In this document: piece after piece, positions 9,099 through 19,369 of the stretch | How the letters are laid out: each line of letters begins with the position of its first letter | Numbering within the stretch: the stretch's first letter is position 1 | Assembly (NCBI GenBank): GCA_964543425.1 | Contig: CAZIYL010000001.1 | Location: forward strand, 632 to 64,631 | Source: an uncultured Deferribacteres bacterium | GTDB lineage: Bacteria; Zhuqueibacterota; JdFR-76; BMS3Abin05 | Direction: 5' to 3' | DNA length: 64,000 nucleotides | Made by a program: the position numbers and the translations under genes | The notes under the pieces: model-generated | What the model saw: the letters and a program-made list of their open reading frames with translations, nothing else | Told to the model about the DNA's origin: nothing | Database searches by the model: none

Positions 9099-10283
9099 CT
9101 ACGGCAAACAGAGAACACCAAGAGTTGTCTCCCGGCTCGCACCGGTCACCGTGGGCAAATTGCCCGGCCGGCCGCAAACCAGTTCATTGGCCAGGATGGC
9201 AAAGGCAATGGCTTCTTTTGCGTCTACTGGAATTCCAACATCGTCTGACAAAATGACATCCGCCGGTTGAAGCTGTTTTCTCAATTCCTCAAAAATCATA
9301 GGATTTCGTGCTCCGCCGCCGCTCACAATCCATTCATCTACTTTTACTCTTGGCTGAATCCAGTGCTTATAAGAAAACACAATTGACTCACTCGTAAACT
9401 GTGTCACTGTTGCTAAAAGATCATATTCATTTAACTCAAATTCTTTTTCCCAGGCTCCAAGTTTCTTCAACACGGCATCTCCAAAATATTCTCGTCCCGT
9501 GGATTTCGGCGGCTTTCGTCGAATGTAGGGATCATCGAGAAGAAGCTTTAACAATTCCCGAGAAAGCTTTCCCCGGCGCGCCAAATCGGCATTTCGATCG
9601 AAATCCTTTTTGAAATATTTCCTTGCCAGGGCATCAATTAAAATATTTCCGGGACCTGTGTCAAAGGCAAAAACATCCTCTTTTTTCGCCCCCGCAGGTA
9701 GGACCGTTACATTGGCGATTCCCCCAATGTTGAGAACCGCACGATTTTTGGAATCGCTGCGAAGAAGCAGGAAATCCACATACGGCACAAGGGGTGCGCC
9801 TTCACCGCCAAAAGCCATGTCCGCAACACGAAAGTTGCCGACCACTGAAATTCCGGTCTGCTTGGCCAGAACACTGGGATCGCCGACCTGAAGTGTGGAA
9901 ATAATTTTTCGTCCGAAAATATTTTCGGAAACAGGCTGGTGGTAAATGGTTTGCCCATGAGATCCGATTAAATCAATGCTGTCCGGTGAAATATGATTCG
10001 CTTTAAGAAACGCAAGAACAGATTCCGACCAGAGATTTGCCAGAAAAAAATTCAGTTGACTGACACAAGGGGTGCTTCCTTTGGCCGGAGCGGCACATTT
10101 CAAAACAAGATCTTTTATTTTTGGGGAATAATCAACGGTCTGGAAAGCTTTCAACGAAAATTTGGTCTGAAGACCAAATCCGGAAATTTGAACATACACG
10201 ATGTCCAAACCATCTAATGAAGTCCCGGACATCAGCCCAATGACTTCTTTTGTGTTTTTTTCAAACCGATTGTAAAGGTTCAT
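9099..10283 (-). CDS. anmK: Anhydro-N-acetylmuramic acid kinase
   Basis: 394 aa, with IGLMSGTSLDGLDIV and an overall AnmK-family match. It overlaps the upstream kinase gene by ~23 nt. Confidence 0.85.
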   Translation of the reverse strand: MNLYNRFEKNTKEVIGLMSGTSLDGLDIVYVQISGFGLQTKFSLKAFQTVDYSPKIKDLVLKCAAPAKGSTPCVSQLNFFLANLWSESVLAFLKANHISPDSIDLIGSHGQTIYHQPVSENIFGRKIISTLQVGDPSVLAKQTGISVVGNFRVADMAFGGEGAPLVPYVDFLLLRSDSKNRAVLNIGGIANVTVLPAGAKKEDVFAFDTGPGNILIDALARKYFKKDFDRNADLARRGKLSRELLKLLLDDPYIRRKPPKSTGREYFGDAVLKKLGAWEKEFELNEYDLLATVTQFTSESIVFSYKHWIQPRVKVDEWIVSGGGARNPMIFEELRKQLQPADVILSDDVGIPVDAKEAIAFAILANELVCGRPGNLPTVTGASRETTLGVLCLP

Positions 10284-11247
10284 AAGATGTCGAAATGTTT
10301 TCCAAAAGTTCTAATGATAATTTGATCTTTTCTTGCTTCAAACCCGATATTGCTGCCCCAATTGCCGGCGGGTATTGCGGGTCTTGAAAAATAACCGAAT
10401 CGGATACCTTGCGCACTTCATTCAAAATATACGGCTCTAAAACCTCTTTCTGATTTTCGAGTACCGAACCAATGGGGGCAATCCGAATGGTTTCTCCAAG
10501 AATTTCAAGTTGCCTCGCAACCGCGACCGCCATTTTCCCCAATTCGCGTCCCGCCCGTTCGATTATTTCCTGCGCAACCGAGTCGTTTTCGACAGCGGTC
10601 TGAAACACCATTGGCGTCAGCCCGGCAATATCCTCTTTTTGAAGATCGCCCTTGTAAATTTTGGGCACCAGTAAATCAATTGTGGAAATCTCAAAAAGCG
10701 ATTCAAATTTTTGCCGCAAAACGGTTTTTTTGCCGCGACCGTCCAGGTCTTTCAGCGCCGCAATAATAGCCTGATTCCCGATAAAATAGCCGCTTCCCTC
10801 ATCACCCAACAAATAGCCCCAACCACCCGAGCGAGCCATGCTGCCATTTGTGTTCAAGCCGTAACAGATCGAACCCGTTCCTGAAATCAAAATAATTCCG
10901 GATTCTCGCACAAAAGCCCCCATCAGAGCAATATAGCCGTCGCTCTCAACGGTTACCCGGCCCTGAAATCCAAGTTCTTCAACCGCTTCCTGAACAGCCG
11001 CTTTATCCGCCGGCCGACCCGCCCCGGCCAGGCCCAGAACCCAGCGTTGAATGGCATCCTCGGAAAGGCCATTTTTCTTAAGCTGATCCAAAATTTGACT
11101 ACAGACCGTTTGAATACCCTTTTTTCCCGCCTGCTGGAAATTGGAAGCTCCGACTGTTGTCTGTCCGAGAATTTTCCCGTTTAAGGCAATAAAAACGGCA
11201 TGGGTTTTGGTTCCTCCGCCATCGATGCCGATTATAAACTTTTCCAT
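10261..11247 (-). CDS. BadF/BadG/BcrA/BcrD-type ATPase, N-acetylglucosamine (or MurNAc/GlcNAc) kinase
   Basis: 328 aa, with IGIDGGGTKTHAV and an actin-like ATPase fold. Confidence 0.7.
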   Translation of the reverse strand: MEKFIIGIDGGGTKTHAVFIALNGKILGQTTVGASNFQQAGKKGIQTVCSQILDQLKKNGLSEDAIQRWVLGLAGAGRPADKAAVQEAVEELGFQGRVTVESDGYIALMGAFVRESGIILISGTGSICYGLNTNGSMARSGGWGYLLGDEGSGYFIGNQAIIAALKDLDGRGKKTVLRQKFESLFEISTIDLLVPKIYKGDLQKEDIAGLTPMVFQTAVENDSVAQEIIERAGRELGKMAVAVARQLEILGETIRIAPIGSVLENQKEVLEPYILNEVRKVSDSVIFQDPQYPPAIGAAISGLKQEKIKLSLELLENISTSYEPLQSV

Positions 11248-11590
11248 CCGGTTATCCTCTGAATTATTTTTTAAAATATTTATTAATTAGCCAAGCAATT
11301 TTAAAATACTTTAAAAATACACGCAATTAATTTAGACAATATTTTTTCAAAATTCAAGGGTAATTTGGCTGTTCACTCAATTAATTTATGCGAGAGTGCG
11401 TTCATTGGCGGGCCGGCTTTTCCGATAAAAAAAAGGACGAATTTTCAACACAACAACTTTTGGCGATTGGTCACGGTAATTAAAGAAAATAAGCCGCCTA
11501 TTTGTACCATGTGTTCCTTGTACAACGAATGGGTCGCACTTAAATATATTTGAAATAATATCAGACTGTTAGATAAAAATCACAGCGGCG

Positions 11591-11629
11591 AAAATAAAAA
11601 CTCCGGGAGCCCTTGAAGGATTTCCGGAG
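11591..11629 (-). terminator. Terminator-like hairpin after trpB2
   Basis: CTCCGG..(17-nt loop)..CCGGAG followed on the minus strand by TTTTTATTTT. It is a weak stem. Confidence 0.4.
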
Positions 11630-11641
11630 CGTTGGAGGATT

Positions 11642-13003
11642 CTAATCAATTTGGGGGACATCTTTCATGGCTTCTTCGATCAATTCTTTGGGATAGGCGT
11701 AGTTTTCCAATTTCCCTGCAAGATAGTCATCGTAGGCCGACATATCAAAATGGCCATGTCCACTAAAATTGAAGACGATGGCTTTTTCTTCACCGGTTTC
11801 CTTGCATTTCATAGCTTCGTCAATCGTTGCCAGAATCGCATGGTCGGTTTCAGGCGCAGGAACGATTCCTTCTGTACGGGCAAAATCAATTCCAGCCTTA
11901 AATGTATCCAGTTGATGGTAGGCGCGCGCTTCAACCAGGCCCAATTTGTTGGTCAGGCTCACAAGGGGTGCCATCCCGTGGTAACGCAGTCCGCCTGCAT
12001 GGATTCCGGGCGGTATAAAATTATGTCCCAGCGTGTGCATCTTCATCAACGGGGTCATTCCCGCGGAGTCGCCGTAATCGTAGCGATAATAGCCCCTGGT
12101 CATACTGGGAGAAGAAGCGGGTTCAATCGCCAGAACCTTCATGTTCTTCTTTTTCCCGCTTATTTTATCCTGCAAGAACGGAAAAGCAAACCCGGCAAAA
12201 TTGCTTCCGCCACCCACACAGCCAATCACGGTATCCGGATAATCGCCAATAAGCTCAAATTGCTTTTTGGCCTCTTGCCCGACGATAGATTGGTGCAAAA
12301 GAACGTGGTTTAAAACGCTTCCGAGTGCGTATTTTGTTCCCGGGTGGGTTACGGTGTCTTCGATAGCCTCACTTATTGCAATCCCCAGGCTTCCCGGACT
12401 GCTTGGATCTTTTTCCAGAACTTTGCGTCCAAACTCGGTGTTTTCGGAGGGACTCGCGTAAACTTCGGCTCCCCAGAGATGAATCAGAGATTTCCGAAAG
12501 GGCTTTTGGTTATAACTCACTTTTACCATGTAAACAACACATTCCATATCAAATAAGCTGGTAGCAAAAGCAAGTGCACTTCCCCATTGTCCGGCTCCGG
12601 TTTCCGTTGCCAATCGATGGTTGCCTTCCTTCATGTTAAAATAAGCCTGTGCCACGGCGGTGTTCGGTTTGTGGCTTCCTGCAGGACTCACACTTTCGTT
12701 TTTAAAATAAATTCGTGCCGGCGTTCCCAGAAATTCTTCTAACCGGTAGGCGCGCACCAGCGGCGTTGGACGCCAGAGTTTGTAGATATCCAGCAAATCA
12801 TCCGGAATGGGAATATACCGTTCCTGAGACACTTCCTGTTTGATGAGCTCCATCGGGAAGATTGCCGCCAAATCCTCCGGGCGGGCGGGCTTGCGCGTGG
12901 CCGGATGCAGCGGCGGCGCTGGTAATTCGGGTAAATCCGCTTGAATGTTATACCATTGCTGCGGCATTTCTGATTCGCTTAAGATGATTTTCGACTGTTT
13001 CAT
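11642..13003 (-). CDS. TrpB-like PLP-dependent enzyme (tryptophan synthase beta-chain paralog, TrpB2 family)
   Basis: 453 aa, with the lysine motif [19 protein letters not shown], and the length and extensions typical of TrpB2. Confidence 0.8.
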   Translation of the reverse strand: MKQSKIILSESEMPQQWYNIQADLPELPAPPLHPATRKPARPEDLAAIFPMELIKQEVSQERYIPIPDDLLDIYKLWRPTPLVRAYRLEEFLGTPARIYFKNESVSPAGSHKPNTAVAQAYFNMKEGNHRLATETGAGQWGSALAFATSLFDMECVVYMVKVSYNQKPFRKSLIHLWGAEVYASPSENTEFGRKVLEKDPSSPGSLGIAISEAIEDTVTHPGTKYALGSVLNHVLLHQSIVGQEAKKQFELIGDYPDTVIGCVGGGSNFAGFAFPFLQDKISGKKKNMKVLAIEPASSPSMTRGYYRYDYGDSAGMTPLMKMHTLGHNFIPPGIHAGGLRYHGMAPLVSLTNKLGLVEARAYHQLDTFKAGIDFARTEGIVPAPETDHAILATIDEAMKCKETGEEKAIVFNFSGHGHFDMSAYDDYLAGKLENYAYPKELIEEAMKDVPQID

Positions 13004-13040
13004 GGCTTTTTCCCTTTCCTTTTTGGTTCGATGACTTAAA

Positions 13041-13074
13041 ATAAAAAAGCCCGCTAACTTTAGCGGGCTTTTTA
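13041..13074 (-). terminator. Intrinsic-terminator-type hairpin inside the 5' leader of trpB2 (candidate attenuator / riboswitch expression platform)
   Basis: AAAAAAGCCCGCTAacttTAGCGGGCTTTTT sits ~40 nt upstream of the trpB2 ATG. Upstream on the same strand, AAAAGCGGGCGGCC could pair with the 5' arm as an anti-terminator. Confidence 0.45.
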
Positions 13075-13514
13075 AATGGATTGAAAGATTTTAAATAGTT
13101 TTCACACCGAACGGCCGCCCGCTTTTCTATTATAAACGTTCCAACCCCACCACCAGTTGGCGTTCAAAAAAGCGAGAGTTTTTTCGGCATTGTGTAGCAT
13201 TTAAAAGATTCCTTTTTTCTAATTGGTTTTAAGTGTACAAAATATTTTTTTAAAAAGCAAGAACTTTTTTTATTTTCTGAAAATTATTTTTGGTCACTGA
13301 CCGCTGTCGCTGCCAGTTTTCCAAACATTTTCGCAACAAATGACAAACCTCTCCGTACAAAAATTTGGATTCAAAATCACAAATAGCGACTGTTTTGGGA
13401 AGTAATATCCTGTTTTTCTATGTTTTTCTGACCATTTTGTTTAAGAAATTTTTCATCTCAACTGCCTTTGGCGCGTTGGGTTTCAATAAAAACCGCTAAT
13501 AAAAGAAGGTAATT

Positions 13515-14609
13515 ATGATCCGTAAAAAATGGTTTTTTATTGCCGCAGTTGTTTTGATTGGACTCGTTGTTGCGGGAAAGATTTTTTCTTCGTTGGGGAA
13601 AGAAAAAGATCACGCGATTCTCACAGTGAAGGTGAAAAAAGGCACAATTGTGGAGAAAGCTCTTGCTGTGGGTACCATCGAGCCCGTGAGCCAGATTTCC
13701 GTCAAATCAAAAATATCAGGCGTGGTAAAGAAATTGTTTGTGGATGAAGGAGAATATGTTCAAAAGGGAGACCCTCTGTTAAAGGTTCAACCGGAACCCA
13801 CTCCTCTCGAACTTGCTGAGGCCAAGCGCCAGGTCGAACTTGCCAAAATTCAGCGGGACAATTTGAAATTGCAGCTCACGCGGCAGGAAGACCTTGAAAA
13901 GAAGGGATTGATTTCTCTGAAAGATTTGCAATCGGCTCAGGGCGCTTTTGAACAAGCCAATATTCGGTATAAAATTGCCTCCGAAAAATTGGCTTTACTG
14001 GTGCAGGGAAAAATAAAAATCGCCAAAAAATTGATTGAAACCATTATTCGGGCGCCCATTTCCGGATCGGTACTGGAACGCACAATCGAATTGGGAGACC
14101 CCGTGGTTCCGCTAACATCCTACCAGGAAGGAACCGTATTAATGAGAATTGCTGACATGAGCAAGTTGGTTTTCAAAGGAACGGTCGACGAAATTGATGT
14201 GGGAAAATTGAGGCCTGGCATGCGCGCAAAAATTCAGATTGGCGCTCTTCCCAATGCCAAAATATCGGGCAAGGTTACAAAAATCGCTTTGCGGGCACAG
14301 AAGCGGGAAAACGCCACGGTGTTTCCAATAAAAATTGCTCTTGATCAAAAATCGAAAAGCACGCTTCGCGCGGGCTATTCCGCGAATGCTTCCATTATTA
14401 TTCAGGAGCGAAAAGATGTTCCAACCATCCCCGAACGCGTGATTACTTTTCGGGATGGAAAAGCCTTTGTTCGTGTAAAGGGTAAAAACAAACAACCGAA
14501 AGAAAAAGAGATCAAAACCGGACTTAGCAATGGAATCATTATTGAAGTGGTTTCCGGGCTGAAGGAAGGGGATGAAGTACTTGAAAAACCAACGCCAAAA
14601 ATCAAATAG
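13515..14609 (+). CDS. HlyD/MacA/DevB-family periplasmic adaptor (membrane fusion protein)
   Basis: 364 aa, with an N-terminal TM, coiled-coil hairpin, lipoyl and beta-barrel segments, in operon with FtsX-type permeases. Confidence 0.8.
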   Translation: MIRKKWFFIAAVVLIGLVVAGKIFSSLGKEKDHAILTVKVKKGTIVEKALAVGTIEPVSQISVKSKISGVVKKLFVDEGEYVQKGDPLLKVQPEPTPLELAEAKRQVELAKIQRDNLKLQLTRQEDLEKKGLISLKDLQSAQGAFEQANIRYKIASEKLALLVQGKIKIAKKLIETIIRAPISGSVLERTIELGDPVVPLTSYQEGTVLMRIADMSKLVFKGTVDEIDVGKLRPGMRAKIQIGALPNAKISGKVTKIALRAQKRENATVFPIKIALDQKSKSTLRAGYSANASIIIQERKDVPTIPERVITFRDGKAFVRVKGKNKQPKEKEIKTGLSNGIIIEVVSGLKEGDEVLEKPTPKIK

Positions 14610-14694
14610 CGCCTATTGCATTTTTCCAACGACCGGTTTGGTTCAGGGGTAAAAAATCCGGTCATGATAGGGATAAACCGAAATTGCCAACACC

Positions 14695-15933
14695 ATGAAA
14701 TCTGTTTTTATTAGTCTCCAGGAATTTATTCGTGATTTACAAGCCCAAAAGCTCCGTGTGTTCTTAACGGTTTTTGGAATCATGTGGGGCACAGTTGCGG
14801 TTGTGATTCTCCTGTCTTTCGGATCAGGATTCAAAAAGCAAACTGCCAAAAATATGCACGGAATGGGTGAAGCAATTGCAATTGTTTTTCCAGGAAAAAC
14901 AACAAAACCCTATCAAGGATTCGGTATCGGCAGGCCTATCCGTCTCATGGAAGAAGACGCCACTCTGCTTGCACGAGAAATCCCGGGGATTCAAACCATC
15001 AGCCCGGAATTTTCAAAATGGAATGTCATTCTGCGGAATGGAACCAAGGTCAACCGAACGCTGGTAAGTGGGGTTAATCCGGGTTATTCACAAATCCGAA
15101 ACATCATTCCCCTCCCGGGCGGTCGTTTCATCGATTTCCTGGATATGAAAAACAGCCGGCATGTTGTTTTTTTAGGAGATTCTCTGAAATTCCGGCTGTT
15201 TGGCTCCGAAAACGTGGTGGGAAAAAATGTCTTGCTTGATGGGGTTCCTTTCCTGATTATCGGCGTGCTCAAGCACAAAACGCAGAATTCCAGTTACAAC
15301 CGAAGAGATCAGGATCGGGCTTTCATTCCGGCGGCAACGTTTTCCGTTTTTTATGGTGAGAAACAAATCAATGATCTGGTTTACCGGCCGGTCGATCCCA
15401 ATCACTCCAAAGAAATCTCAAAAAGGGTTTACGAGGTATTGGGCAAAAAATACAAGTTCGATCCCACGGATAAAAATGCCATCTGGCTGTGGGACACCTC
15501 TGAAATGGACAAATTGCTTAATCAAGTTTTTCTGGGATTAAACATTTTTCTGGGATTGATCGGAAGCTTCACCCTGTTTGTCGGGGGAATCGGCGTGGCA
15601 AATATTATGTACGTCGTCGTTCAGGAACGAACCCGTCAGATTGGAATCAAGCGGGCGGTCGGTGCCCACCGCAGAGACATCCTGCTTCAATTTCTGGCAG
15701 AAACTTTTTTTATTGTGGGGTTGGGAGCCGCCCTGGGATTTCTTCTTTCCGTAGGAATGATTCGTCTGGCACGCGCATTTCCACTGGGTGATTTTGTGGG
15801 CCAACCAACATTTTCGGGCACGGTTTTTATCATCACAATACTAATTTTGGGACTGGTCGGATTGCTTGCAGGCTATTTCCCCGCTCGAAAGGCATCTCGA
15901 ATGAACCCGATCGATTGTCTTCGATACAGTTAG
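14695..15933 (+). CDS. ABC transporter permease, FtsX/MacB/DevC family (no ATPase domain)
   Basis: 412 aa, with an N-terminal TM, a large periplasmic domain and a C-terminal 3-TM FtsX domain. Confidence 0.8.
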   Translation: MKSVFISLQEFIRDLQAQKLRVFLTVFGIMWGTVAVVILLSFGSGFKKQTAKNMHGMGEAIAIVFPGKTTKPYQGFGIGRPIRLMEEDATLLAREIPGIQTISPEFSKWNVILRNGTKVNRTLVSGVNPGYSQIRNIIPLPGGRFIDFLDMKNSRHVVFLGDSLKFRLFGSENVVGKNVLLDGVPFLIIGVLKHKTQNSSYNRRDQDRAFIPAATFSVFYGEKQINDLVYRPVDPNHSKEISKRVYEVLGKKYKFDPTDKNAIWLWDTSEMDKLLNQVFLGLNIFLGLIGSFTLFVGGIGVANIMYVVVQERTRQIGIKRAVGAHRRDILLQFLAETFFIVGLGAALGFLLSVGMIRLARAFPLGDFVGQPTFSGTVFIITILILGLVGLLAGYFPARKASRMNPIDCLRYS

Positions 15934-17195
15934 CGAGAAAAATTATGGAATATCGCTGGTTTTATATTCGGGAATTTTTTCAGGATCTGAAAACACAAAA
16001 AACACGAGCCTTTCTTACAGCCTCTGCAATTGTCTGGGGGACGCTTGCGGTGGTGCTGCTTCTGGCCTTTGGACAGGGGTTTAAATCAAGAATGGTCAGC
16101 GGATTGCTAAATGCCGGCAATGGCATTTTGGTTATTTATGGCGGACAAACCACAAAAAGCTTTCAGGGGCTGCCCGAGGGAAGGGTCATTCGTTTAACGA
16201 CCGAAGATGAAAAACTGCTCAGGGAATCGCTCCCAGGAATTGGCCGGATTAGCGTGCAATACGGCCATTGGAATACGCAGCTTAGCCACGGCAAAAAATC
16301 GGCTGTTACCTACACCGTGGGTGTGGAACCTTCCTTTGAAATAATGCGAAGAATGTACCCTATAAGTGGCGGCCGCTTTTTAAACGCACCGGACATCCGG
16401 CAAAAGCGACGCGTGGTTGTGTTGGGCGATGAAATTGCAAGTGAATTGTTTGGTCAAGCCAACCCCGTGGGGCAATCTTTGACAATTGACAGAGTGCCAT
16501 TCACAGTGATTGGCATTCTTCAGAAAAAACTCCAAACGTCGATGAACAACGGCCCCGATTCCAGACGGGCGGTGATGCCTGCTTCCACTTTTCAGGCAAT
16601 CTACGGAAGGCGCTACGTGAATCAAATTGTCATTCGCCCCAAAAACCCGAATACGGCCAAAAGATTGGAAAAGCAAATTCGTACCCTACTTGGAAGAAAA
16701 CATTGCTTTAATCCGACGGATTCAAACGCCATTTGGATCAACAGCTTTATTGAAGCGGAAAAAATGTCTCGAAAGATTTTTATGGGAATACAAATTTTTC
16801 TGGGAATTGTGGGAGGCCTGACACTGTTAGTGGCTGGCGTTGGTGTGGCAAATATCATGTTCGTTATTGTTAAAGAACGCACTCGCGAAATTGGCATTAA
16901 AAAGGCCGTGGGGGCGAAAAGGTCACAGATTCTTTCGCAATTCATTTTCGAATCCGTCTTAATTACAATTCTTGGAGGCGGACTCGGATTATTTTTGGCA
17001 TGGGCAATTGTTCAAGCGACGGGATTGCTGCCTTTTGACCAACCTCCTTTTGAATATTTGGGAAGGCCTATTCTAAACACCACCATAATGTTTCTTACGG
17101 TTTTTATCCTCGGATTGATTGGATTACTGGCAGGCCTTTTTCCGGCCCGCCAAGCGGCACGATTGGAACCGGTGGAATCGCTTCGCTATGAATAA
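15915..17195 (+). CDS. ABC transporter permease, FtsX/MacB/DevC family (paralog of preceding gene)
   Basis: 426 aa with the same architecture. It overlaps the preceding gene by 19 nt. Confidence 0.8.
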   Translation: MSSIQLARKIMEYRWFYIREFFQDLKTQKTRAFLTASAIVWGTLAVVLLLAFGQGFKSRMVSGLLNAGNGILVIYGGQTTKSFQGLPEGRVIRLTTEDEKLLRESLPGIGRISVQYGHWNTQLSHGKKSAVTYTVGVEPSFEIMRRMYPISGGRFLNAPDIRQKRRVVVLGDEIASELFGQANPVGQSLTIDRVPFTVIGILQKKLQTSMNNGPDSRRAVMPASTFQAIYGRRYVNQIVIRPKNPNTAKRLEKQIRTLLGRKHCFNPTDSNAIWINSFIEAEKMSRKIFMGIQIFLGIVGGLTLLVAGVGVANIMFVIVKERTREIGIKKAVGAKRSQILSQFIFESVLITILGGGLGLFLAWAIVQATGLLPFDQPPFEYLGRPILNTTIMFLTVFILGLIGLLAGLFPARQAARLEPVESLRYE

Positions 17196-17759
17196 TTACC
17201 AAATTCCCCCGGCGCGGTGTACGGGAATTCTTTGGGTGGCAACAGCCGCAAGCAAAACCTTTAAAAGCTCTCCCGGCAGGAAAATAATCATTCCGGAAAA
17301 AAACAATTCTTTTATCGAAAAAACTGTTTTCAAATAGAGATTTTGAATGACGTAGAGCCCGAAAACGCCCACGCCCAGAATAACAAATGTACCCAGAAAA
17401 TAAACCAGAATCAGAGCCCCCACGGATTTTTTCACATTTCCATGAATAAGGCTGCCGCAGAAAAATGCTGCAAAAGGAAAAGCGAGGAGATAACCAATTG
17501 TGGGGGATAAAAACACCATCAGGCCACTCTCACCGGCGAAAACAGGAAGACCCGCAAAGCCGAGAAAAAGATAAAAAATTTGGCTGACGGCTCCCCAGCG
17601 GGCGCCGAGAAATCCACCAGCCAACAGAACAAATAGAGTTTGTAAGGTAATGGGTATGGGCACCATTGGAATTCGTATTTGGGCACCCACTGCTGTAAGC
17701 GCTGCAAACAGAGCTGAGAGCACCCAAAAACGAAGATTCGAAACGGAAGATGATTCCAA
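17196..17759 (-). CDS. bioY: Biotin transporter BioY (ECF-type S component)
   Basis: 187 aa, 5-6 TM, with BioY-family motifs (AQIRIPMVPIPITLQTLFVLLAG). Confidence 0.75.
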   Translation of the reverse strand: MESSSVSNLRFWVLSALFAALTAVGAQIRIPMVPIPITLQTLFVLLAGGFLGARWGAVSQIFYLFLGFAGLPVFAGESGLMVFLSPTIGYLLAFPFAAFFCGSLIHGNVKKSVGALILVYFLGTFVILGVGVFGLYVIQNLYLKTVFSIKELFFSGMIIFLPGELLKVLLAAVATQRIPVHRAGGIW

Positions 17760-17760
17760 A

Positions 17761-19293
17761 TTACTTCACAAGACTTAATTTTTTATTGAGTTCAATTCTG
17801 CGCTGAATGGCCATTTTCCGTGCCAGCGTTTTGTTGTAGATTTTCATCTCAGGTTCACGCTTAATATCCGTGTTGTCTGCATGTCTTCTGTAGCGGTAAC
17901 AAACTTCCTGCACCCGGTACACATCGTACTTTTCGGAAAATTTCAACACCAAATCGTAATCTTCACCATAATTGCCGAAATGTTCCACATTAAATCCGCC
18001 CATTTCCAGAATTACCTTCCGATGCCAGGTGCGTACCGCACCGGCGCCATCCACGCGGAGAATATTATTCCGATTGTATTCCAAATGCTTGATAATTCCG
18101 AATTCCTCCAGAACCTTGCTGTCTTCATCGATTAATTCATAGTAGGAAATTGCCAAACCGCATTTCGGATTTTTCTCCAGATGTCCGACCATTGCCTCAA
18201 GCGTGATGGGAGTGTACTCGTCATCGGAATCCAACTGAGAAATGTACTTGGCGGTGGAGGCATTGACCGCCAAATTCAACGAAAGCCCAATGATGTTTTT
18301 GTCATTTTTAATTAAGCGAACCCGCGGATCCTTTTTGACGTAGGATTCCACCACCTCAACGGTATTGTCTGTGGAACCATTATCCACAATAATAATATCG
18401 AAATCCTGGTAATGTCCATTTAAAACCGAATCAATCGCTTTTCCGATAAACGAGGCCCGGTTGTACACCGGAATAATGACGCTCACCCTCGGGGAAAATT
18501 TTTCCTCCGGCCCGTAAACCACTTTCTCGTTTTCGTGTGTCAAATAAGCCCCGATTCGCTTCAAATAATCGTAAAAGGCGCGCTCAATTTCCTGTTCTTC
18601 TTCCTTGTCGTAAAACAGGTACGAAAAACCGCCGTATTTGCCTTCACCCGGGTAAAAGAGTTTCGAGGCACCTACGCTCGTTTTTTCTGCCGCTTCTTCG
18701 GTGGAAACAAACACATCGTACACAATTTCCGGCACCCGAATAAAATCAAATTTTTCAGAGAGTTTCAATCGAAAATCATATTCCTCCGCCCGATTAAAGC
18801 TTTCATCGTAAAAACCGACTCCGGCAGCAGCTTTTCGGGCGTATCCCTTAACATAGCCGTAATTTCCTCGCTCAGTAATATCACCGTCGTAATTCCGCAG
18901 CTTCTTCTCTTCGATTTTTCCGTCCGGGTAAACCTCTTCGTAATCCGAAAAAATCATTCCCGGCTTTGGGGATGATTCAAAGGCTTCCTGATATTTTTGA
19001 ACCAACTCCGGTTTCAAACCGATGTTCGGAGGCATGTAAATGAAGACATCTCCCGAAGTTTGTCTAAAGCCAAAATTCATCATTTCCGCAATATTTTTGA
19101 ATTGATTCTCGACCCATTTCACATCCGGGAAAAATTGACCCACACCGGTCTTGAAATCCTCACTTTTCTCACTGCGCTGATCCAGGATTAATAATTCAAA
19201 CGTATTATTTGTTTGATTTTGAACGGTTTTAAGGTCTCGCAAAACTTGCTGTTGGTTACGAAAAATTGGGTACATAATGGAAATAGTTGCCAT
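17761..19293 (-). CDS. Tandem family-2 glycosyltransferase (two GT2 domains)
   Basis: 510 aa. The first domain reads ISIMYPIFRN...ILDQRS and the second VSVIIPVYNRASFIGKAIDSVLNG...IIVDNGSTD. Confidence 0.8.
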   Translation of the reverse strand: MATISIMYPIFRNQQQVLRDLKTVQNQTNNTFELLILDQRSEKSEDFKTGVGQFFPDVKWVENQFKNIAEMMNFGFRQTSGDVFIYMPPNIGLKPELVQKYQEAFESSPKPGMIFSDYEEVYPDGKIEEKKLRNYDGDITERGNYGYVKGYARKAAAGVGFYDESFNRAEEYDFRLKLSEKFDFIRVPEIVYDVFVSTEEAAEKTSVGASKLFYPGEGKYGGFSYLFYDKEEEQEIERAFYDYLKRIGAYLTHENEKVVYGPEEKFSPRVSVIIPVYNRASFIGKAIDSVLNGHYQDFDIIIVDNGSTDNTVEVVESYVKKDPRVRLIKNDKNIIGLSLNLAVNASTAKYISQLDSDDEYTPITLEAMVGHLEKNPKCGLAISYYELIDEDSKVLEEFGIIKHLEYNRNNILRVDGAGAVRTWHRKVILEMGGFNVEHFGNYGEDYDLVLKFSEKYDVYRVQEVCYRYRRHADNTDIKREPEMKIYNKTLARKMAIQRRIELNKKLSLVK

Positions 19294-19338
19294 AAAAAAA
19301 CTCCTTTTTCGTTTTTAATCAATGCGTATAAAAAATTA

Positions 19339-19369
19339 AAGATGGATTTTTGGAGTAAAAATCCATCTT
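19339..19369. promoter_or_regulatory. Perfect 13-bp inverted repeat (AAGATGGATTTTT-ggagt-AAAAATCCATCTT) between divergent GT2 and patatin genes
   Basis: The repeat was seen directly. It lies ~12 nt upstream of an extended -10-like TATAGTATAAT (19380-19390) on the plus strand. Confidence 0.5.

Noticed and set aside
13004-13514. Looked for T-box (AGGGTGGNACCGCG) or a known riboswitch consensus in the trpB2 leader.
   Set aside because: No recognisable T-box or specifier elements were seen by eye. Only the terminator/anti-terminator arrangement is kept as a finding.
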